A DNA stretch of 55,949 nt, the filler included, from Circinaria calcarea (Eukaryota), in the NCBI GenBank assembly GCA_051942165.1. It is 4 parts of 4 records of this genome, joined end to end, with 100 filler letters (N's around TTAATTAATTAA, not from the genome) between each part and the next. Parts side by side here need not be neighbours in the genome. Positions count along the whole stretch, not along the records: positions 1 to 13,964 come from JAVECS010000464.1; 3 more parts are not named here. One strand, given 5' to 3'. Below the pieces are notes generated by a model, which saw only the letters and a program-made list of their open reading frames with translations, was not told where the DNA came from and did no database searches. Shown piece after piece: positions 1 through 8,703 of this stretch (position 1 is the first letter of the stretch; the number at the start of each line of letters is the position of its first letter). Position numbers and translations under genes: made by a program.

Positions 1-699
1 CCTTCTTCGATGGCTAACGTTAGTGGAGTGACAACGTCGTCTTCTTCATAGAAGAGGGGACTCCAGCTTATCCAACCTGTATCTCATCCCAAACGTAGGA
101 GACTGCGCACGCAAGAAACCCCAAAGTTCACAAACAATCATCCTCGTTGAGAGCAAATGGAGAAATCTTAAAGTGCTCAGCCTCGTAGCCTCGTCCCCCT
201 CCGCCTCCGCCTCGCAGCTCCATCCTTCAGTCACCACCTCCCCTCATCCCCGAACATCTGGTAGCCTCGTCCGCCCTGGCCGCTGTCGCCCGGACCATCT
301 ATTATGGTCGGAAGGGAAATTAATACTAGCTGGGCGCTAGTAGATCAATGCTTACTTTAGTTAGATTCTGAAAAGGCTTTATTATTTATATCTAGTATTT
401 CGTTTGCATGCTATTTATATCAATTATAGGTTAACAGCGAGCCTATATTGATTTAATAAAATCACGTAAATAATTTTTTATAATAACATCCCATGCTTCC
501 CTTATTGCTTTTCCTAATGTATCTGTAAGGATCTTCTACAAATAGTATGATGATCTTATGAATAAGGGTCGGTAAACTGTGTGTTAATGTGCTCAATTGG
601 TTCGCATAGCGTATGAATTATTGCTAAAGAACTGGTAATGCGCGCCCGCGCGCAGAGCCCTGAAACGTATTATTTTTTATAGAGCTCGTAGTGTAGCTT

Positions 700-1020
700 C
701 TAACATAGCACGTAGCATAGCATATAGTAGACCACGTAATATAGCACGCAATATAGCACGCAGCATATATAGCACGCAGCATAGCACGTAGTATAGCACG
801 TAGTATAGCACGCAGTATAGCATCTAGTATAACACGCTGAATAATATAGCAATAGCACGCTGCATAACATAGAAAGAGCACGCGGCATAGTATAGCAATA
901 GCACACGGCATAGTATAGCAATAGCACACGGCATAGCATAGCAATAACATGCTATATAGCATGGAATAACCACGCTATATAATATAGAAAGAATATATAA
1001 CATAGCATAGAATTACAGCA
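700..1020. repeat. Degenerate compound tandem array A (12-bp then 23-bp units)
   Basis: 12-mer like AGCACGTAGTAT at about 745-825, then 23-bp-period units at 849, 872, 895, 918, 941 (e.g. GCAATAGCACACGGCATAGTATA); variants are mostly transitions. Confidence 0.85.
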
Positions 1021-1042
1021 TAATATAAAGTATTTATTATGC

Positions 1043-1083
1043 GTTAGGGTTAGATGGGCCTAAGCGGCCCACCTAACCCTAAC
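1043..1083. repeat. 18-bp-arm inverted repeat containing telomere-type TTAGGG/CCCTAA units
   Basis: GTTAGGGTTAGATGGGCC-TAAGC-GGCCCACCTAACCCTAAC: 17/18 paired, 5-nt loop. Confidence 0.9.
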
Positions 1084-1159
1084 AGGCTGGGGGTCTCCCG
1101 GGCTTAGGCTATATACAACGGGTATAAATAATATAGGCGTGAAATATAGTATGGAACGG

Positions 1160-1660
1160 AGCATAGTATAGAGCATAGCATGGAGCATAGCATGGAGCAT
1201 AGCATGGAGCATAGCATGGAGCATAGCATGGAATATAGCATGGAGCATAGCATGGAGCATAACAAAGCGAAAGCACGCAGCATAGCATAAAAAGAGCATT
1301 CACTATAGCATGGAAAGAGCATGCAGCATAGCATAGCGAAAGCACGTAGCGTAGCATAGCGCATAGCATGGAAACAGCATGCAGCATAGCATGGAAACAG
1401 CATGCAGCATAGCATGGAAACAGCATGCAGCATAGCATGGAAACAGCATGCAGCATAATATGGAAAGAGCATGCAGCATAGCATGGAAAGAGCATGCAGC
1501 ATAGCATGGAAAGAGTATACAGCATAGCATGGAAAGAGCATGCAGCATAGCATGGAAAAAGTATGCAGTATAGTATAGCGCATAGCATGGAAATAGCATG
1601 CAGCATAGCACGGAAAGAGCATGCAGCATAGCATGAAAAGAGCATATAGCATAGCATATA
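1160..1660. repeat. Compound tandem array B (12-bp then 23-bp units)
   Basis: AGCATAGCATGG x7 (1172-1255), then GCATGGAAA(C/G)AGCATGCAGCATA, about 11 copies from 1366 to about 1650. Confidence 0.95.
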
Positions 1661-1738
1661 GCACGCTGTATATAAGTTCTGAATATATGCGCGGAGAGTG
1701 TATAATCGAGTATTTTATGACCTTCTTAAAAAGGTAAG

Positions 1739-1817
1739 AGCTAAGGCCTAAAGAGGTAATCAAGCTAGGCCCAAGGAGGCAAAACAGCTAGGCCCAAGGA
1801 GGCAAAACAGCTAGGCC
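1739..1817. repeat. Tandem array C (23-bp unit)
   Basis: AGCTAGGCCCAAGGAGGCAAAAC x2 exact (1763-1808), plus a partial copy after and a decayed copy before. Confidence 0.9.
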
Positions 1818-2365
1818 AGAAAGCGTAAAAAACTAAACTCTTTACGGTAATCTTAAGTGTTCTGCTGCGACTCCGGTAGAATTTTGCTCGGATCGGACCG
1901 GGTCATGCCCAGATTTAAAACCCTTCAACGTCGTTCCTTTGGTTTCAGGGCATTCTGGTATAACGCTTCGCGAGGAAGACCTCTCTCGCTAAGCCAATAC
2001 CTCGTGACCTCGGTGTATAGTTCACCCGTAGGGTTCGTAGGGGTTCTCGGGTAGAGCCCTTACAGTATCGTAAGAGAGCTTGTCCTCGTCGCCGTAGTAT
2101 TTTTAAATCTAATTGAAATACGGTGCACTCCTAACAGCTAACTGCCATGACTACAGTCATGGCACCCAATGGGGCTTAGCGTAATAGTGGCAGAGTATAT
2201 CTCTGCCAGCAGAGCGTAGCTAGTTAGATGAAATTCAATATAATAATGGTTCCACCAATAGGTCGTAGTAGAAGACACTTACCCATACGTTTCAACTCAT
2301 TTAGCGGTAATGGTTTCTATGACATTATCACATATACCAACTCCCTCGGGGAACTCGGTGTGCAG

Positions 2366-3550
2366 CTAACTCTCTAACCATTCTTTATCTTGCTTCTCAG
2401 CCCGTGTTGCCTCGGTCGTTTCTAGACGCTGATATGCCTGTTCGTCCTGCGGATTGAATTCCTCCGGCGGCGTGGATTGCCGTCTTCGCTTTCTTGTCCC
2501 AGCGGCTAGCACGAAAGGGATAGTTTCAGTGCCTTGAATATCTTCTGCCTTGTCCAGAAACATCGCAAGCTTTTCGTAGGAGATAACGATTTCTTATACT
2601 AACCCATGAGCGTCAGCTTCGAAATGGGATGGTACAAAGTGTTTCAGCTGAAGTCGAAACGCTTTATCGGTGACACCAGTTCCATCTGCTTTCGAAACTC
2701 CTTTGAAAATTAATTCGATGTAGGTACTTAGTCTTTGATTCGAAGTACCTCTGATAGTATCTGCTCTGATGCAAGAAACTTCCCTTCATGGTCTACTCCG
2801 TATGTTGGGCACCATAACGATATAATTGCACTTTTCGATCCCGTGTAATCTAACTTGATTCCAATAACCATTTGGATCTGTCCACTTGTTTCAACGATGT
2901 ATTGATCCGCCAATTTTGTGAGATTTTTCTTTCTTTGTGAGTAGGCAATCTCAACAACCACGGTGGGGTATTTGGCGCCTTACTATCCAAACTCCTTATC
3001 CGGATCACGCCGAGCACTATCCTCAAGAATCATATACGTCGACTCAAAGCACTTTATCTTCTGTGCAAGTACAGCTGCAGAGTTCTTCCCATTTCTGATA
3101 ATGTCTATCTGCTGGCGAATGTCATATATAATGGACCCTCCAACATATTCATGGATTTCTGTAGGCACACGAATAACGAGTTCATCTGAGTTTAGCAAAT
3201 CGGTTTCTTCCATACTGCACTTTGTCCTCAATGTATCTTAGGAGATCATCTTCCTCTCTCTCGAGTTGCAACCACAGTTCATCGTAGTGACCTGGTGTCA
3301 ATTTTATGGGATTCCAGTTTTCCGTTAAAATACATTGCCTACGGTCCTTGAGTAACTGAATTGCCGCTGGAAGGTTCAAGGATGGCTTTGAGAAGAACTT
3401 TGACGAAGTTTTTGAGAGCTTCTCAGACGTCATCGGCGACGGTGGCGAGGCAAGGAATGCTTCTGGTAATGTAGACTTTTGAGAGACCAGTGAATCCCTT
3501 CTATCGGTTGTATCTGATGAGGTTTGTATGATAGAAGTGGGAACATAAGT
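2366..3550 (-). pseudogene. Pseudogene of a fungal PD-(D/E)xK-like (Uma2-type restriction-endonuclease fold) protein
   Basis: ORF fragments 3182-3433, 2983-3231, 2728-2961 and 2366-2563 join into one protein with RVPTEIHE...RRDPDKEFG**GAKYPTVVVEIAYSQ...IGIKLDY. In-frame TAG TAA at about 2980-2985 and TAA near 2594, plus apparent frameshifts next to the introns. Confidence 0.7.
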
Positions 3551-4437
3551 CTACAAAAATGGAAGGTAGAAAGATAATCCGAGGCCCTCCACATCTCCCA
3601 CGTTCAGATCCTCCAAGACCAACAAAGTTCCTAGATCGTAAGAGAAAACCGAGATGTGAAAGAAAGTTCGGATTGGTTTTGAGGGAGCGATACCATAGTG
3701 CCGGGAAGTAGCGAGGAACGGTAGAAATAGATCCCAGAATTTCCTTCCATCTAAAGTCTTGCTTGTATGAATCGACCAGAGCTGTGATGTACATATATAT
3801 ATGTGAGGGAGTTCCTCCCGTATCATCATTGTTTTCGGCAAATGAACTTTTTTGCTCACCCGCCTCGCATGTAAATCTTAGCTCCTCCGCAAAAGGCCTG
3901 GGAAGCTTGGACTTTTATGCCGTATACCTACACCTAACAATTACAACGTGTGACTAGATTACAGTCACAAATTAAGCATACGCTAAAGCCCATGTAGCAG
4001 AGGTTTGAATTCCACAGACTTCAACATAGGGTCTAACATAAATGTCAAATTTGTTGCATGTGCTATCTGACGCCAAGACCAGCTGCTATGTACCCATTTC
4101 CAGCAACACCAGTCAGAGTATCCTAAGAGATCGTAACACGTAGAGAGCGTAAACAGTTGGTTGAAAGGAGTGTAGTGCGAGCCAGTCTGCCAGCAGTAGA
4201 TTAGACGCCATGAGTCCCTCGATCTTTCTCCCTTGGCAAACCGCCGCCATCCTTTCCACCTCATAACTCTTGTGAAAGGGGAATAGCGGATACGGGTTAG
4301 CAGCATGAAGTGAGCCGAACGCATGTGTTAAGCATTTACAAGAAGAGATACACAGAGCATTCTCCATGAGTTGGCAAAATGGGGACATCGGGAGAAGGAG
4401 TCAATCCTCGTGCCCGGGTCTCTTGACCTTGTCATGA

Positions 4438-5229
4438 TTAGATCCACCCTGCGGCCATGGGGAAAGACCTGTCGTCGAATACGCCGCCGAACAACCCTTG
4501 AATTTCCGTTACATAATCCTCAACACCAAACTTTTGAAAGCCGTTTGAGACCAGGTATTGCTCTTCTTCATCCCAAACCGTGACATCTTTCTGGGAATAT
4601 TCTTCCGCGAGCTCGTTGACCTGCGCCAACTCTGCACCGAATGGGTGACTCGACTCGGGTTTGCTGGAGAACATATCTAAGCTCGAGCGCGCGATCACGT
4701 TAGCCTGTAGGCTGTTGGGTGGCTGCTGGCCTCTGGTTTGTGACGAAGATCGCTTACGTGCCAGAGCACGATGTGTCTTTTTCGTGTGGGACAGTGCGCG
4801 TGATGGAATCGCTGGCGCATCTGCGTCTGTTGATGAAGATTGACGATGCGAGCCTGCAGAGAACCGTGTATTGCCCGTTGGCATAAAGTACGAGGAGAGA
4901 TGATTCGGTTCTGGCGATGTAGGTGATGACTCGATCGATGAAGTTTCTGGCGACGATATACTCGAAGAACTGTGAAGACTCGGGGAACTATCTGAATCTT
5001 GATATGAGTTCATGGATGATGCTGATGAGTTCTGGATGTCGTGATTGTATAGATCTGGTGCATCGTATGCGAGGACATTGGTGGTCGATATGAGCTCGAT
5101 GGGCAAGGAGATTTTACTTCGGTCGATAGGACGATCAAATTTTCTTATGCTCGCAGAACGCGCTGGAGTAGATGGCAATTCGGTATCGTGTTGCTTGTAG
5201 CGCTTGGTTAAAGCTCTTGCGAGAGACAT
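4438..5229 (-). CDS. Hypothetical Ser-rich protein (263 aa), single exon
   Basis: Intact ATG-to-stop ORF; blocks ISLPIELISTTNVLAYDAPD and HPFGAELAQVNELAEE look like conserved islands in a disordered protein; long ATG-free leader upstream. Confidence 0.8.
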   Translation of the reverse strand: MSLARALTKRYKQHDTELPSTPARSASIRKFDRPIDRSKISLPIELISTTNVLAYDAPDLYNHDIQNSSASSMNSYQDSDSSPSLHSSSSISSPETSSIESSPTSPEPNHLSSYFMPTGNTRFSAGSHRQSSSTDADAPAIPSRALSHTKKTHRALARKRSSSQTRGQQPPNSLQANVIARSSLDMFSSKPESSHPFGAELAQVNELAEEYSQKDVTVWDEEEQYLVSNGFQKFGVEDYVTEIQGLFGGVFDDRSFPMAAGWI

Positions 5230-6769
5230 TGTGATTACGATGCGGGTGGATGCGGGTGCGGACCAGTGATGTTAGATATCGCGAGAGCTTCGAATACAAA
5301 CGCTGTCGAGATGCACCGCGTGATGCAGAGAATGAATGTAAGTGGGATCTTCGAGATTGTGACACTGGTGAATGATCGAGTGCTGGAATCAACTGACTAG
5401 CAGCGACTATTTTCAAGGAGGGTTACTGCGACGTGTAGCAGCGGTTGGAATCTGGATCGACTGATCCAGCGGACACTGTCCGTTTTTAGTGGATTGTAAA
5501 GATCGTGGATATGGTGTCCCTAAGAGAGTGAAGTACACCGATGCGCGCGCAAAGGCGATGAAGGGGAGTGTCTGGATATAACTGCGGCGTCGTGCGGGTT
5601 GGGGAAAGGGAGGAGATGAACTCTCAACGTGGAGGGGGGGGGGCAAGAATGGGAGTTAGCTGGTTTCAGTGGCACCAATCACAAACTGGCAAACATCTCA
5701 CTAGCGCCTCCGAGCTCCAAAAGCTCGGCCCCTTTTTCGGCGTCAAATTTAAAAATCTGACAACATTCTCCTCGACCCGAAACACCAACCCAACACCATA
5801 TCCACTGGGATGCATTCCGCGCCAACGATGTCTTCTTCATGACTACAAAGCCCATGTATTGTGACGATTGAATTTCTGGCAGAGTCTAGTAGCAACCTTA
5901 CTTAGATCTGTGCTACGGAGTAAGCCACGGCGTTAGCCAAAATTGTATTGAGGCCTTCCGCAATCGGCAGACAGCCATGTCGGGCTTGATCCTGGGCGGC
6001 TCAAATAATATTCCCACTTTAGTAGTTTTCCCGAGGTATCCCGTGTACCGTGTATATTCCATCATTACCTCTAGGTTACACGTGACCGAACCACAACACT
6101 ACAGAGTACGGAGTAAATGCAACGTGCGTACGGTAAGCATGGACAAAAAGGCCATTTTCGACATAACTTACCAACATTCCATTGCACCTTGGGTTAGTTG
6201 GGAAGAGAAGCTACATAGGTTTCGGCTCAGCATATATCTGGTATTTTAGGAGACATTTTGAAATTCGGTGTCACTGAATGTCGTACTTGTACAAGTTAGA
6301 GGCGGTAGCTGATGTATTCACATGAAGGTTGATGATATTATCGAGCGTCTACTATTCATCTGACGACTTGGCTGTCTATCTGGTATAGTTACTCCGATAT
6401 CAGTAGCCCCAAATATCTACATAAAAGCCTGTCTGAGCTTGTAAAGCGTTTTGTGGTTGTGAGCCTTGCCCACGGATACTGGAGACTGGAGCAGAGGTGA
6501 CCATCAGCTTTGTAGCATGAGAGCGAGTGCTTCATGGGCCGGAGAAGAGCTCGTTTCGTCATGTAGCTCCTAGTATGATAGGGCCACGACAGTCGATCAT
6601 GCATCCCTCCACACGGCGCTTCCAGGCATTCTGTGGCTCCACTTTGTTCGGTCCAGGGCATGAGACAGCCGACACGATCTGGCGCTGCAGCGCTTGGCGA
6701 CATGACCGATAACCCGAGTCGGCTGGAGGAATAGATATCCTTTGATGCAGTGTAAATAACGTCGCTAGC

Positions 6770-8447
6770 TCAGGTATTGTCCATAGAATCCACATCGCTA
6801 TCCATTTGAGCATCTTCGCCACCAGGCTCAACTCCTCCTTCTACTTCCGAGTCACTACTATCCTCGTCTACTGCAATCAGCCGTTCTTCAACTTCTCCTT
6901 CCATGGGAGCCACCCGATCGGCAAAAGCTCGTCGTATAGCGGCATTGGTGGACGTGTCCCAGATCTGAACAGCTCCTCTGCTTCCTGCCACTGCCAACCT
7001 AAACCCTACTTCCGGATCTGGTGCAAAGGTGGTCGAGAAGACTTTTCCCACATCAAGGTTGCGGGAGACAACCATACTCGGTCCGCTCGCCTGTACGTTC
7101 CAGAGCTTCACTTCTTTGTCAAATGATCCAGTCGCCAAGAACCCAGGTATTGTAGGGTTGATGTCAAATGAAGATATCGGTTCATCATGAGCTTGTAACT
7201 TCCACACAGGAGACGAAGCTTCTGGTGTAGAAGGAGCAGTGCGAGCGTCGTGATAATGAATGACCCCATTCTCAGTGGTAACATAAAAATAGTTCGAGTC
7301 GTGGGGATCCCACCGTACCATCTCGACGTCACTTTCTACTCCCCATCGAGGTACCTTTGCGTCCGGCGCCCGCATATCTGCCGCCGCAGCGGTTCTGTCA
7401 TAGCTTCCGCTCAAAAGCACAGTCGTCTGCTTGGAATGCCAGGCTATCGAGCACACCTTGTCGGTGTGGTATGTGTATGACTTGGCGCATTTGGTGGTAT
7501 TGAGATCCCATAACTTTATGGTTTTGTCTGCGGAAGAAGATGCTAATAGAGTGCGATGATTCCTATTGGCAGCTAGGGCAAGCACGGCATCGACATGGTA
7601 TTCGTCGTTCGCCTTCTTGGACTTCTTTCGCTTCTTTTTTTTTTTGCCGGGATCTGACTCGGTCTTGTTCTGCTCGCCGCCTTGCCCAAGTATTGCATTT
7701 GGGTACATACAATCAACAGTATCAAGATCCCATATCTCTATATCTGGATCAAAAGTTCCAACCGCAAGAAAGTTGCCTTTTGAGCTCTGGTCTAAGGTTT
7801 GACCCGTTGGGGATTTGCCAACGGGAATATCAAGCCACTCAACACAAAGAGGAATCGCCGGTAGCATGATGTCGTGATGGACGTAGAGATTATCCGCCTC
7901 GTCCTCGTATACATAGATTTCAATATGAGCAACTTCGTCCTCTACCTTTGCAGCTACCACCAAGTTGTCTGTCGCCAGTATCTGCAGCTCCTCCCGCTCC
8001 TCGTCCTCATCCTCGTTCTCCTGCAAAGTGATGTACGGATCTTCAGCATTGGATTCGTGGTATGCAAGCGATTTGGTGTTTCCAAACATAGCCATAGCCT
8101 CGCCATCTTCATCCACAACATCGCTATCGTAATGGTCAAGGTCGTACTCTCGTAGGTCATCATCGACGTCCCTAGGCGCATTGGTAAACAAATTGGTACC
8201 TCCTGAAGACAACTCACCCGTGCGACTGCTTTATGTTGACTTTACTCGTCTCTGTTTCAGAGCCATCTTCGACAATCCTATCCTCCTCTTCATTCTGGGC
8301 GCTCTCAAAATCTTCCTTGGCGTCGTCGAGCTTTAATTTTGCGAGTTTTGATATCCGGGCGAGCTCATGCTCATCAACGTCGTACTTTTTAGGAAATGTA
8401 GATGCAAATCCTCTAGGGACCCACGTGGTTGCCGTAATCATAGACAT
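6770..8447 (-). CDS. PWP1: Periodic tryptophan protein 1, WD40 rRNA-processing factor; exons 8447-8218, 8171-6770
   Basis: N-terminus MSMITATTWVPRG, acidic region, NLYVHHDIMLPAIPLCVEWLD, GTFDPDIEIWDLD and WD40 repeats; GT-AG intron 8217-8172 joins the frames. Confidence 0.92.
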
Positions 8448-8703
8448 CGTGAGATCATATAGTGTGCGATTCACACGAGCCTAAAGAGAAACTCTCTGTG
8501 GAGCACTTTTTCCGCAACGGTTCGAGGGCATAGGAACAAGTGCGATTGCAAACCCTCAAAAACTTTTTGGCGAACTTCCTTGTGACGTCGCTAGGCTCTT
8601 TTCTGATCAGCTACAAACATTGCGAACCCCCCCCCCCCTTTTTCTGGATGTGGCATGCATTTCTGTAACACCTTGGTTCTTGAGGGGGACTTATTGCTCT
8701 ACC

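Larger units (their letters stand above)
524..2064. mobile_element. Solo LTR-like element (1541 bp) with 5-bp target-site duplication GTATC
   Basis: Starts TGTAAGG (524) and ends CCTTACA (2064), i.e. TG...CA ends with a 7-bp perfect terminal inverted repeat that extends imperfectly (TGTAAGGATCTTCTAC vs revcomp TGTAAGGGCTCTAC). GTATC flanks both ends (519-523, 2065-2069). No coding capacity; TpA-rich decay. Confidence 0.8.

Noticed and set aside
1..360. Pro/Ser-rich plus-strand frame with stops, possibly the tail of a decayed gene or transposase
   Set aside because: No recognisable motif, and it is cut by the window edge.
1073..1083. Telomerase RNA template (CTAACCCTAAC)
   Set aside because: It is one arm of a hairpin inside a TSD-flanked, decayed repeat; no other telomerase RNA elements were recognised.
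1160..1660. CRISPR-like array
   Set aside because: Units are head-to-tail with no unique spacers, the context is eukaryotic and there are no cas genes.
624..1763. Several Cys/Met/Tyr/His-rich minus-strand ORFs
   Set aside because: They are translations of the tandem arrays, open in multiple frames because of low complexity.
6300..6365. Box C/D snoRNA-like TGATGA...CTGA
   Set aside because: The spacing is too short, and there is no terminal stem or recognisable guide.
8620..8703. TTG-initiated N-terminal extension of PRP16
   Set aside because: It overlaps the short shared promoter; the ATG at 8704 has a good ACC-ATG-G context.
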